A DNA stretch of 63,233 bases, the filler included, from Octopus bimaculoides (lineage: Eukaryota): NCBI RefSeq assembly GCF_001194135.2. It is 9 parts of 7 records of this genome, joined end to end, with 100 filler letters (N's around TTAATTAATTAA, not from the genome) between each part and the next. Parts side by side here need not be neighbours in the genome. Positions count along the whole stretch, not along the records: positions 1 to 7,476 come from NC_068991.1; positions 7,577 to 22,730 come from NC_069010.1; 7 more parts are not named here. One strand, given 5' to 3'. Made by a program: the position numbers and the translations under genes. The notes under the pieces were generated by a model. That model was given only the letters and a program-made list of their open reading frames with translations. It did no database searches and had not been told where the DNA came from. Of this stretch, positions 1 through 12,358 are shown piece by piece (within the stretch, counting starts at the first letter, position 1; every line of letters starts with the position of its first letter).

Positions 1-1342
1 TTTCCAACCATAGCATGTCCCCCCTTCCCCCCTCTGTCTTTCAATGTATTTGTAGTAAAATGACTGTTGTAAAAATGACGACACCATCTGACCTACTGTG
101 TCACTTCCACACCTAAGCACTGTATGACGTTTTAAACAATAAAATACAAATATATATATATATCTGTCTTTTTTTTTCTCTCTCACACTCTCTCTCTCTC
201 TCTCTCTCTTGTTTCTCTTCCTCATCCCCCTCTTTCTTATAGTCACATAAGGCATATATATGAAAATGGTTATATATAAAATGCTAATAATGTAAGGGTT
301 GTATATAAAAATATATTTTACACAGTGCCAACATTATCTGTTATAGAACAACCTGTTTGATAGAGTAGATAGAAGTATTTGTTATATCAAAAAAAGTTGG
401 CTCGGAATTTCACCCTTGGCTGTTCATGACAGTCGTGAAGAGCCAAAGATTTAATTCAGAACAGATGCCCAACTTTTGACACACACACACACACACATAT
501 ATACATATGTGTGTGTTAGTTTATGTCTTAAGAATTTAGAAACTTCAAGACATGAAATAAATTGCTTTTAACAGTGAAACTCAGTTTTTTTTTTTTCTTT
601 TTTGACCCAACGTTTACATGCTATTATGCATAGCTTTATCTACTTTGAGTTCCACCATTGGAAACAATGTACAAATATGTATATATGTTACTAGTCTTCT
701 GTAGAATTTTATTGATTTTCAAGAACTGCTTGCATTAAATATCTGAGCCAATGAATGGGGCTTCTACATAGTCAGTCTTCCAGCTCATTGGAATAGCTAG
801 AGTTTCCTCAACCAATTCCACTATCATCTTTGAAAAAGCAAGATCCACAATCCGTGATCCTTGGAACATCATGTCCCACCAACACCACCAAATTGGCTAG
901 ACATATTGAATGTATGGTTCTTCTAATTAATCTTTCCTAAGAGGTAAAATACAGCAACAAACATTTCTGAATAACAGCCTGGGCTTATTGTTTTAAATAA
1001 ACATAGCTTCTGGTTTTGATCTCCATCATCTCAACCCCTGACTGTTTCCACTCACAATTCAACAAATATCCAGTGAAAAATTATATGGTTATGAAAACGT
1101 ATTTACAAGAAATACACAACTTTCTTTGTGTCATCTTTATTCACTTTTATTCATAATACTCTGTCTCTCAATCTTGTGCAATACAGAGATTATTAATGGT
1201 CAAATATTTAGTAACTTGATTTGCTGTTAGCTGAAGTAAGGGAACGCATATGCACACACAAAAAGATAATAAATATTCATTTCACTTCTTCCAACATGGG
1301 AAATTGATATTTTCACTTTCAGGTTTATTATTATTATTACTG

Positions 1343-1376
<34 letters not shown>

Positions 1377-2010
1377 GATGGCGAGCTGGCAGAATCATTA
1401 ACGCACTGGACGAAATGCTTAGCGGTATTTCACCCGTCGCTACGTCCGGAGTTCAAGTTCCACTGAGGTCGACTCTGCCTTTCATCTTTTCGGAGTCGAT
1501 GAAATAAGTACCAGTGAAACACTGGGGTCGTCGATGTAATTGACTAGTCCCTTCCCCCAAAATTTCAGGCCTTGTGCCTTTAGCAGAAAGGATCATTATT
1601 ATTATTATTATTATTATTAAGGCAACAAGCTGGCAGAATCATTAGCATGCCAGGCAAAACACTTAACAGCATTTTGTCTAACTTATTCTAAGTTAAAGTG
1701 CTACCGGGGTCAACTTTGCCTTTCATTCTTTCAGGGTTGGGGTCAATATAATTGACTATCTCCTTGCTCCAAATTTCAGAAGAAAGGATTATTATTAGAA
1801 TGGCTGAACCATTAGAATATAGGGAAAAATCTTATGGTTATTTGATCTGAATTTTTACATTCTGTGTTCAAATTCCACTGAGATCAGCTTCACCTTTTAT
1901 CTCTCCAGGGTCCATAAAATAAAGTAGCACTCAAGTACTGAAGTTGATTTATTCAACCAACCCTCCGCACAACTATTTATGGCATTGTGCCTGTGTTAAA
2001 CAACCATTAT
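1377..2010 (+). mobile_element. Three head-to-tail tRNA-derived SINE copies (Deu/Nin-domain-like family) separated by (ATT)n tracts
   Basis: Each copy has head G(C)GAGCTGGCAGAATC, B-box-like GAGTTCAA(A/G)TTCC and central GCCTTTCAT(C)TTT..GG(G)GTC..TAAA..AGTA; divergence increases from copy 1 to copy 3. Deu/Nin assignment is from recall of the domain consensus. Confidence 0.75.
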
Positions 2011-3844
2011 TGTTGTAATGTGAATGTAAAAAAAGGCTCAAGGTTTAGTTTCAGTTTTTCACTGAAACCCCTTCACCTCCGTATCCATGCCCTCAGAGCA
2101 AGTATGAACATCCAACTTTGCCTTTTCTTTAAGCTCCTGAGCTTTGTGCCTGTGTAGCACACTATTATTATTACAATGAGATTAACATAGTATATGTGAA
2201 ACTAATCAGCTAATCCCTCGTGGTTTCAGTTCTGCGTTGGAATCATTTCACATCACTTGCATTGTTAATATCCTTGAGATAAGTATAAACAAAGCAACTT
2301 CTATAGCTGCTGCCCTCTATCAACCAGTCTTATAGCTTTCTACTTCAGCTACACATTATTAGCTGTAAGTTGGAGAGAGCAAAAAAATGCTACTAAAGAC
2401 ATGTATGTCATAGGTTTCGTATTACTCTCTCATATCGTTCTGTATCCTGATTTTGATTTCATTTAAAATTATATATTGCTCTGGGAATTTAATGTTTGTT
2501 TAGTTGTTTTGCTCGTCTCATCTTAAACATTTGGTTAACTCTATAAAAATATATTTAGATAAGTAACTGGATAGACATACAGCATTCTATAAGGTCATTC
2601 ACCCAAGCAATGATTTAACACTGATGAGCAAGCTAGTTACGGTTCAATCAATGTAAGACATTGGGGTTCTTTTTTACCCCTCACATTGCCAAATATTTTA
2701 TATTTCTTGTCAAATTCCCTTTTAGTTTATAAATGAGAATCACACATGTAAACTTCTACATCTTCAGACATTATGTCCCACAAATAAAGATGGTATATAA
2801 TCGCAGCTAAGAGATACAGATGAACTGATTTATTTAGACAGTTAGTTGTCTAATTTAGATGTTCAACGAGAGCGAATCAAAAATTAACAGGCAGTTTGTT
2901 AAGTTCAAAAAGCTTTGAGAGGTAACAAAAGCTAGCAGAGAATATGTGGATGGTTTAGCAATTTATGGGCCATAGAAAAGAAGAGCTGTTGGCACTGGTA
3001 GTTCAGACTGCAGTCTGTTGTTAAAAATAAGATTCTATATCGAACAGATTTGAGTGTCCTAGAGAAGGAATGTTAGAATATATATGGCAAATAAATCAAT
3101 ACAATGACTATTTGATTATTATAGATGATTTCTCTTTATTACAACCATTTATCTTGCTTTTATGTCTTGTGGTCTCTCTTTTTTTTAATCCTGTGTAGAA
3201 GTGAAAAGAAAAGCAAATGTCACATGACCTAGAAACTCTTCCTATATAAAAAAAAACAAAAAACAAAACTCTGATTCATCTCTTTAATTCTTTAACAGTC
3301 TGGTTCCCAGCAACTAAGAAATGAGATCTTGATTCAGAAATTTCCTCTATTAAATTTCTGGATGTTTTCTGTTTATATTTAAATGTGTCCATGTATGTAT
3401 ATATGTGTGTATGTATGTATATACTCAGTTTTATGTATGAACTGTGGTCAAGTGTTATGTCATTTCTCTCGGTTCAATAAATTTCTAATATTTCTGAAAT
3501 TCTTGTAAGTTTCAGCTGACAGCTTATTCAACCAGATTGAATAAGCCGTCAGACCAAACTTTAAACTCCCAATCAACATGAGTTTTTGTCATAAATGTAA
3601 ACTCTACTCTCAGTATTGACTCCACCTTCTCTTCCCAACCACCACCATCACTAAATGTTCTGTTGTTATTCTTAAACTTGTGTTTAAATAATAACTTTAA
3701 TTTAACATTTAGATAAAACATTATCCACTTAGTTTCTGTATGAACACCAGCCTTTTGTTGGAATGTTCAGCTTTTACTTCTATTGTACATACCCCCACCA
3801 CCTTCATCAATACTATTGACTCCTTTCTAATATTTATCTTTTTC

Positions 3845-3880
<36 letters not shown>

Positions 3881-4459
3881 NNNNNNNNNNNNNNNNNNNN
3901 NNNNNNNNNNNNNNNNNNNNNNNNNNNNNNNNNNNNNNNNNNNNNNNNNNNNNNNNNNNNNNNNNNNNNNNNNNNNNNNNNNNNNNNNNNNNNNNNNNNN
4001 NNNNNNNNNNNNNNNNNNNNNNNNNNNNNNNNNNNNNNNNNNNNNNNNNNNNNNNNNNNNNNNNNNNNNNNNNNNNNNNNNNNNNNNNNNNNNNNNNNNN
4101 NNNNNNNNNNNNNNNNNNNNNNNNNNNNNNNNNNNNNNNNNNNNNNNNNNNNNNNNNNNNNNNNNNNNNNNNNNNNNNNNNNNNNNNNNNNNNNNNNNNN
4201 NNNNNNNNNNNNNNNNNNNNNNNNNNNNNNNNNNNNNNNNNNNNNNNNNNNNNNNNNNNNNNNNNNNNNNNNNNNNNNNNNNNNNNNNNNNNNNNNNNNN
4301 NNNNNNNNNNNNNNNNNNNNNNNNNNNNNNNNNNNNNNNNNNNNNNNNATTTTTTAAAATTCCCATTTTTTTCCATCTGTTTCTCTCTCACTCTCTCTCT
4401 CTCTCTCTCTGCTAATTAATTTCCTCAACTGTAATAATACTGCCTACATGTTTCTAATC

Positions 4460-4505
<46 letters not shown>

Positions 4506-5341
4506 TATGTATATCTATGTATATATATATTATCTGTGTATAAATTTTGTATTGTTTCACTATTATTATTATTATTATTATTATTATGATCATTATTATT
4601 ATTATCATCATCATCATTATTATAGTGCACCTGCCTAGAACATCTTCCTCTCCCCCCTCAAAACAAAAACATTTAAAAAAAAATAAAAATGAAATAAAAC
4701 AAAACAAAGAAAGCAAGAAAGAAAGAACTTTAAAAATAAATATAATAAAAGAAAAACAAAAAATAAAAAAAACTTCCAAATCAATGCGGAAGTTTTCAAA
4801 AACAAAAAATACACACACAAAAAAAAACAAAAAACAAAAAATTATATGTCCCAGGTCGGAAAGTGACCTGGGAGCAGAGAATGCTTGTGACTCCCTTCTT
4901 GGCTGAATTCACTGTATGGCAGCCATATTTATTTTCTCACCGCTACAAGTTATTTGAAACATTTTAGTTGAGCTTGGTATATTTATGAATGTTTTGTACA
5001 ACTGTACTGAGTACATTCAAGTTTTAATAAACATGTTGTCTGGGAATTACTTTTTTTGGTCTTCTTTCTTTCCGTTATCTTTTTGTTTATTTGTTCGGTT
5101 GTGTTTTGTTTTTTCATCCATTTATTTATTTTATTTTCTCTGTCTTTTTCGTTCTTTTTGCCTCTTCTTAACTAATTTTATATTTGTCTTTTATTCATCC
5201 ATTCTTCCATTTTTTTTTTTTTTTTTCTTCACAATTAAAAACAAATCTGAAAATCATTTCTTTGTCAGATTCTCCAATAAATTTAATCTCATAAAAATTT
5301 TCCTTCTATTTCTTCTTCTTCCTCTTCACATTGTTCTCTCT

Positions 5342-5380
<39 letters not shown>

Positions 5381-5392
5381 TACATACATACA

Positions 5393-5750
5393 TGATGATG
5401 ATGGCTGCCCCCTCGTTATCGAGTATGGCCATTGCACGAAGCTTAACTTAATGGTGCTGTGATCGAATGTGACTTTTTAGCCCAGCCAAAGATCTACAAT
5501 GTCTTGCACAGAGTTGGCATCCAAAACCTTTACTGGCAATAGCAGGCTGTTGTTGTAATTGGGCTCCATGTACCTTTGCGTGTCGTTCAAGTCCTCCTGC
5601 TGAATCACACTCCCTTCCACATGCCCGACAGACATGATTAGTATGGTGTGTAGCATCATCACCAGCGGCCTGGTAGTCAGTCATCGGTCTTGCTTTATGA
5701 CTACGAAGATGACTCATAAGCCCAGCTTTACTGAGGCATGGTCTTGCACA
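5393..5750 (-). mobile_element. 3' end of an RTE-type LINE: three C-terminal C2H2 zinc knuckles, short 3' UTR and (CAT)n tail
   Basis: ORF 5448..5783: CLSKAGLMSHLRSH, CRACGRECDSAGGLERHAKVH, CQLCARHCRSLAGLKSHIRSQHH*; then GCAATGGCCATACTCGATAACGAGGGGCAGCCATCATCATC; 5' end abuts a (TACA)n tract. Confidence 0.7.
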
Positions 5751-5779
5751 TACATACATACATACATACATACATACAA

Positions 5780-6175
5780 ACATATGTATCTGTGAAGGCT
5801 TATGGCCTTGTGGTTAGAGTGTTGCACTCTAAATCTCAAAATCGTGATTTCAATTCCTGACCCATGCAGTGTATTGTGTCCTTGGGCAAGACACTTCATT
5901 TCATATTGCTCCAGTCCACTCGCTTATAAATAAGTGACCCTGCAATGGACTGCTTTATTCTTTTCTACTCTTAGCACAAGGCCCAAAATTTTTCGGGAGG
6001 GGGTCAGTCAATTAGATTGACCGCAGTACACAACTGGTACCTAATTTATCGACCCCTGAAAGGATGAACGGCAGAGTCGACCTTGGCGGAATTTGAACTC
6101 AGAACATAAAAACAGACGAAATACCACTAAGCATTTTGCCTGGCGTGCTAACATTTCTGCCAGCTCGCCGCATTC
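5780..6175. mobile_element. Two adjacent SINEs (tRNA-headed copy on + at 5780-5950; Deu/Nin-like copy on - at 5965-6175)
   Basis: GTGAAGGCTTATGGCCTTGTGGTTAGAGTG...TGTGTCCTTGGGCAAGACACTT head and body; second copy matches the family at 23700-23972. Confidence 0.7.
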
Positions 6176-6387
6176 AAATGAACTGCTTTACTGCCAAGGA
6201 CTAATGATGCTATGATCTTGATTACTTATTGCCATGGAAACTAGGTAACTGACCATACGAGTCCTGAAATTTGGAACAGTACCTTATATACAGAAGTGGA
6301 CAAAAGTAGAGATATGAGAGTATTGTAGTTCGCTTGAAGCATTGTATATTGTTGGTAAAGAATAAAATGTTTCGAATGGTACAACAA

Positions 6388-6735
6388 TGCATCATCATCA
6401 TCATCGTTTAACGTCCGCTTTCCATGCTAGCATGGGTTGGACGATTTGACTGAGGACTGGTGAAACCAGATTGGAGGCTACACCAGGCTCCAATCTGATT
6501 TGGCAGAGTTTCTACAGCTGGATGCCCTTCCGAACGCCAACCACTCCGAGAATGTAGTGGGTACTTTTACGTGCCACCGGCACGAAGGCCAGTCTGGTGG
6601 TACTGGCGACGGACATGCTCAAAATGGTGTTTTTTACGTGCCACCTGCACAGGAGCCAGTCCAGTGGCACTGGCAGCGACCTCACTCGAATGTCTTTTCA
6701 CATGCCACCGGCACAAGTGCCATGGAGGCGACGCT
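6388..6735 (-). mobile_element. SINE/LINE-tail element ending in (GAT)n (RTE-type 3' end)
   Basis: Near-identical to copies at 45835-46000, 46530-46878, 50065-50330 and 54563-54990; shared GGAAGGGCATCCAGCTGTAGAAACTCTGCCAAATCAGATTGGAGCC...GGAAAGCGGACGTTAAACGATGATGAT. Confidence 0.85.
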
Positions 6736-7094
6736 GGTAACGATCACGCTCACTATAATACAAACAATGGGCTATATATCCATAGTCTTTGAAATAAATA
6801 TAATAAAAGACAAACAAAAATTAAAAACTTCCAAACCAATGTGGAGTTTTCAAAAACACCCCCCCCCCCCCACACACACAAAAAAAAAACTATATGTCCC
6901 AGGTCGGAAAGTATTATAGTGCATTGTTGTACCATTCGAAACATTTTATTCTTTGGACAAAAGTAGGTATACAGTTGGCTTGAATATCTGAAATTAAGAA
7001 TAATTATGTCATTATAGAAAGAATTCATAAAATCAGAGAATTCCTATCTAAAATGGAAATGGAGAAATGAATAGAGCATTTCACTTATGATAAT

Positions 7095-7476
7095 CAATTG
7101 TATGCCGCGGCCATGCTGGAGCACAGCCGTTAGACAAACAAATTTACCCCAGGACTTATTCTTTGTAAGCCTAGTACTTATTCTATCAGTCTCTGTCTTG
7201 CCAAACCACTAGATTACAGGGACGTAAACACACCAACATTGGTCGTCAAGCGATGGTGGGGGAGGGACATGCACAAACACACAAACATATGCATATAGGC
7301 GCAGAAGTGGGTGTGTGGTAAGTAGCTTGCTTACCAACCACCTGCGCAAGTGTTCAAAGTTCCCCCAAGGCACCTGATGAAGGCTGGATGGTATATCAGC
7401 CGAAACGTTGGGCAAGTGTCTTCTACTATATAACTTCGGGCCGACCAAAGCCTTGTGAGTGGATTTAGTAGACGGA
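7095..7476. mobile_element. Tail of one composite SINE (7095-7297) next to the tRNA-like head of another (7298-7476)
   Basis: GCGGCCATGCTGGAGCAC...GACGTAAACACACC module also at 23555, 26330, 27990, 35915; head GGCGCAGAAGTGGGTGTGTGGTAAG...TTGGGCAAGTGTCTTCTACTATA also at 39215, 40490, 58110. Confidence 0.8.
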
Positions 7477-7749
7477 NNNNNNNNNNNNNNNNNNNNNNNN
7501 NNNNNNNNNNNNNNNNNNNNTTAATTAATTAANNNNNNNNNNNNNNNNNNNNNNNNNNNNNNNNNNNNNNNNNNNNTATATATATATATATATATTGATA
7601 GAAAGGACAACAAAAGAAAGAAAGATGCCTCGATATTATGTAAATAGAGGAATTTATCTGTAAAAATATGTGACACTTATTCGGTAGCCATGATAAAACT
7701 TCGAGTTTCGGATGCCGGGCTGGGAACTTATACCTAGTAGAGAATAGCA

Positions 7750-10256
7750 CATATTAACGACTCCTACATAACAGTATCATCAACAGTTACACCAAGGCTA
7801 CGCCATAAACCTATAACGATATTAATAAAAAAAGCTAGCAATATCGCCGCCAGACTCAAATTAGATAAAAAAAAGTAGAGGTCCTCCTCCAAAAAAAGGC
7901 CTTTATAACTATCAAAGACCATAAAAAGAACTTCCTATGTAGTCCTAAGTGTAGGCTTATTAACCCTGCTAAATCAGAACTTGGCATTATTAGTAAAGAA
8001 ACTTTAGGGAAAATCAATGCGGAAGTCAGGAATGCCACTAGGTTAATACAATGATCCAATAGTATAGAAGTCGTCAACCGGTTTAAAGCTATGAAGAATA
8101 AGAATAAATCAAGATTCACCCAGTTCGATATTGTCGATTTTATGCCTCTATCTCTAAGGAACTGCTAGATAAAGCTCTTACCTTCGCAAGCAGATTCATA
8201 AAAATCAGCACACATAGAAGTCAGCACACAGATAAAGACATAATATTCCATGCTAGAAAGACTTTACTCTTCAGCGAGAACGCAGAGTGGGTGAAGACAA
8301 CCGATAGAGAGGCTGCTTTCGATGCGAGCATGGGGTCATGTGATCGAGCAGACATATGCGATCTTATTGGATTATTCCTACTCGATACGTTGGGCAAGAC
8401 TTTTCCTAACGGACACTTCACAATTTATAAAGATGATGTCCTAGCTTTAACCGCTAATACCAATGGACCAGCACAGGATCGGTTCAGGAAGTATACTATC
8501 CATTTGATGAAAACCTTCGGTCTTAGCATCTCTACAGATAGCAACCTGACGGTTGTCAATTACCTAGCTGTGTCCCTAGATCTAAATAAGTATATTTATA
8601 AACCTTATAAGAAGCACAACGATAGACTTAGTTACATCATTGTGGGTTCCTGCCATCCCCCCATAGTGTTTAAAAATTTACTTAAAAACATTAGTAAAAG
8701 AATCTCTAGCCTCTCCTCTGATAGGGACATTTTTAATAGCGTTGCCCCAGTATATAATAAGGCTGTAAAAGATAGTGGTTTTAACGAGGGAATAACCTAT
8801 ACACCTGCCACCAGTCCAGTAACAAAGAGAAGAAAGCATAGGAATAAGAAAACCATCTGGTTCACACCCACTTACTCACCCGAAGTGACCTTTAATATAG
8901 GCAAGTACTTCTTCGCACTTATAGACAGACATTTTTGTAGTTAACCATAATTATACAAAGATCCTTCAACAGACATAACTTGAAAATAAGTTTCAACTCA
9001 ACTGCTAATTTTAAGAACATAATCGCACACGACACACAAAAGCCGCAATATGAAACCAGCTGTTAATGCAGAGATAAAAATTTGTGCCCGCTAAACGGAG
9101 TTTGCATGTCCGAAACCATGAGGCCACCGTGGACTCTATATCCACTAAGGACACAGTTTCGACGAAGATATACGTGGGCCTCACGGAGGGTAATTTCAAG
9201 GCCAGATTCAATAATCACATTTTGAGTTTCAGGCACTGGGACAAAAGGAAAACGACCAAATTATCCAGTAATATGTTGTCTTTAAAAGATAAAGGTGTCA
9301 GTTATAACATCCATTGGAAGATCTTAGCGAAGTGTAAACCTTACACCAGCGGCAGCGGAAGGTGCGGTCTATTTGATATGGAAAGATGGCTCATCTGGAA
9401 AGGCATCAAAGACTGAACTTTTCGGATCATGTCCACATGTGGCCAAATATTTGCTACGGTTTTGGTCCCCTTGAGTTTACTGATAGGACTTGCTTTCTAT
9501 ATTGTGTCTATGCATAAGCTTTTTATCTCTCTATACTTTTTACTTAGATTTCTTATATATCTTTATATTTTTACTGATAAGACTTGCTGATAGGACTGTA
9601 CTGATAGGATTTGATGCATAAGCTTTTTATCCTTCTATACTTTTTACTTGGAATTTTTATAATTTATTTATATTTTTTAATATATTTTAATAATGTTTAC
9701 ATAATTATGGAGTTAATGTTTTTTTCTATTTTTTTCTGTTTTTTCCCCTCGACCCCGTTTTTTCCTGTAGGTCTATAGACACGTACATGGAACCTTATGT
9801 GCGCGCTTGTGAATGTGTGCGTGTGTGCGGGTACGTGCGTATATATATATATGTGTATGCATATGAAAATATGCGCATATTAGACGCGTTTTAACCTTAT
9901 AACTTTTTCACACTTTCTTCTGTTTATGCTTTTAGCCCTATAATTTTTTTGCGTGCATGTGTATGGGTGCGAGGTGGATGTGTGCGTGTGTGTGGGTGTT
10001 TATGCGGGTATATATATGTATATGTACATATATGTATAGCTTTTGGCGAGTATGTGGGTGAGCATGTATGTGTTTCAAGCGAGGGTGGTTTAGTATAGGC
10101 GAATGTACGGATTGGTGCGCTTACGTGAACACTATAGACATTTCTACTCCCTTTACTTAGCGGTCTATTAGTTCTTTGGTCTTAATTGGCGGTCAAACAC
10201 ACAGTAATTTCCCTTTGTTTTAACGGTCATCTTTCACAGGAATTTTCATTGGCAGG
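7750..10256 (+). mobile_element. Decayed but near-complete Penelope-like element (Naiad-type): RT then GIY-YIG endonuclease, with 3' UTR
   Basis: Conceptual translation across frameshifts: AFITIKDHKKNF..PKCRLINPAKSELG, FTQFDIVDF, FDASMGSCDRADICDLIGLFLL, IYKDDVLA, YKPYKKHND..YI..GSCHPP, C*CRDKNLCPLNGVC, IYVGLTEGNFKARFNNHILSF, IHWKILAKCKPYTSGSGRCGL. Confidence 0.88.
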
Positions 10257-10739
10257 NNNNNNNNNNNNNNNNNNNNNNNNNNNNNNNNNNNNNNNNNNNN
10301 NNNNNNNNNNNNNNNNNNNNNNNNNNNNNNNNNNNNNNNNNNNNNNNNNNNNNNNNNNNNNNNNNNNNNNNNNNNNNNNNNNNNNNNNNNNNNNNNNNNN
10401 NNNNNNNNNNNNNNNNNNNNNNNNNNNNNNNNNNNNNNNNNNNNNNNNNNNNNNNNNNNNNNNNNNNNNNNNNNNNNNNNNNNNNNNNNNNNNNNNNNNN
10501 NNNNNNNNNNNNNNNNNNNNNNNNNNNNNNNNNNNNNNNNNNNNNNNNNNNNNNNNNNNNNNNNNNNNNNNNNNNNNNNNNNNNNNNNNNNNNNNNNNNN
10601 NNNNNNNNNNNNNNNNNNNNNNNNNNNNNNNNNNNNNNNNNNNNNNNNNNNNNNNNNNNNNNNNNNNNNNNNNNNNNNNNNNNNNNNNNNNNNNNNNNNN
10701 NNNNNNNNNNNNNAGTGCATAACTTTAAGAATCATATTC

Positions 10740-11522
10740 AAAGCTCATAAATCAATGTTCACCTTTTGGTAAAAGATATATACTGGGTACCTATAAATTG
10801 ACTTTACAATTTGAACAATTTCGAAGAAAATGAAGAATAAAGAGAGCTCATCAAACTTTATTGGAAATCATTGGCAAACAAATATCAGAAGCATTAGAAC
10901 ACTTCGACGTGGATTCAATTGTCACATACCAATTTTACGTCGCTAAAAGCCACACTGCTTTTGCCTTGGTTGATTCTTTTAAATGGGATTTTCACTAAAA
11001 GAGTCTTCCCCGTGAAGACATTCTTTGAAATCTGATTAATCTACACATTTTCTCTGAAAATAAATGAGATACTTTGATTCAAAGTCACGTTTTCGCCTTA
11101 CGCTGCTATTTTTGACCTCACATACTTTGACATAACTGCTTTAAAGAATCAATTTCCAATTATTTTAGCACCAAATGTAGCTTACAACTCGATCATCATT
11201 GCCAAAACGATGAAATTAATTAGGTTGAGAACTGAATTACTAATTAAATCATGTAATAGAAGTAGAAGAGTTGCACTCTGTTGTTCACAGTCTCTAAGTG
11301 AAGATCAGTAACAAGGACGGGGAGTCTATTGTTGGGGTGCCTAGTGGGATAATCTATAGTCACCTTGATACTGTGGGGGATGGAGTTGGCTACTTGCTGG
11401 ATGCTCTCCATTATGTTCCTCTCAGTTTCTACATTACCGTTACTAGAGAAGGTCTTAACTATGATATGAATGTCATCTACATACCTACTGTATATCAAAC
11501 ACTGTGGCTTAAGATTAACAGG
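10740..11522 (-). mobile_element. Degenerate Penelope-like reverse transcriptase fragment
   Basis: ORF 11244..11789 segment YSRYVDDIHII...IKVTIDYPTRHPNNRLPVL = RT YxDD motif plus downstream PLE-type motif; stops and frameshifts further 3'. Confidence 0.55.
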
Positions 11523-11743
11523 NNNNNNNNNNNNNNNNNNNNNNNNNNNNNNNNNNNNNNNNNNNNNNNNNNNNNNNNNNNNNNNNNNNNNNNNNNNNNN
11601 NNNNNNNNNNNNNNNNNNNNNNTATGCATGGATATGTTGGTAGAAAGTTCCGAGATGATAGTAACATTGATGTTGTTGAAATTCCAATGATGGGGCCGTA
11701 GATGTAGGAAATAACAGTGAATAATAACATACATGCATAATAC

Positions 11744-11778
<35 letters not shown>

Positions 11779-12266
11779 CATATATACATGCATTACCGTG
11801 TGTTTATTTGTAAAAAGGACCATATTAGTGATCATATTTTTTATTGTTTATCCAAATATTGTTTTGCTTAGTTCACATATTATGGCCTTTTTCAACATAA
11901 CTTAAATGAAGTTCTCAGGTTTTATAAGGGAGTTCCCACGGCAACAATGCTTGCAAGTTTCGAATTTCATCCCTTTATTTGACTTTTTCAACGATTTTCA
12001 CATATTTGTTACATCAGAATACTAAAAGGACAACAAGTAGCGTTAATGCTTCTCTCAGTTGAATTTGTGACAATTGAAGCATTTCCAAATGAACATAAAA
12101 ATAGTTTTATAGTCCTTGTTAATAATTTGGTTTATATGTCTAACATGTATTGATTCCATTGCAAACACGTATTAATTCTTTTACATCAGAAAGAAAATAT
12201 TTCTTGTTATTGCTATGCATTGCATTATTTGGTTCATAAATACAGATATTTACTTGTATTCTGTAG

Positions 12267-12358
12267 ATTACTCGTTATTTCAAAGGAATTTACAGTGTCA
12301 AACATGTTCAGGAATGATGTGCAATGATTCAGAAGTGGAAAGCTGTCCAGGATCAGAG
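12267..12358 (+). CDS. Exon 1 of a Ly6/uPAR (three-finger)-like Cys-rich domain
   Basis: Acceptor tattctgtag|, donor GAG|gtaaac; 92 nt, phase 1 to 0; xYSLFQRNLQCQTCSGMMCNDSEVESCPGSE (CxxC start typical of LU domains). Confidence 0.75.

Noticed and set aside
3524-3721. ORF ending ...DWEFKVWSDGLFNLVE as a GPCR downstream exon
   Set aside because: No GPS or TM similarity and a poor acceptor.
5448-5783. Host C2H2 zinc-finger gene
   Set aside because: No TGEKP linkers or splice context; followed by a LINE-type 3' UTR and (CAT)n tail, so treated as a retrotransposon end.
7521-7532. TTAATTAATTAA embedded in N runs (also ~22776, 28270, 35183, 43924, 50373, 54507, 60324)
   Set aside because: Identical 12-mer with stops in all frames, always centred in fixed-length N blocks: a scaffolding spacer, not biology.
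8052-8054. In-frame TGA in the Naiad RT as a possible selenocysteine codon
   Set aside because: It aligns to a conserved Trp (NQW motif), so TGG>TGA decay is simpler; the copy also has frameshifts.
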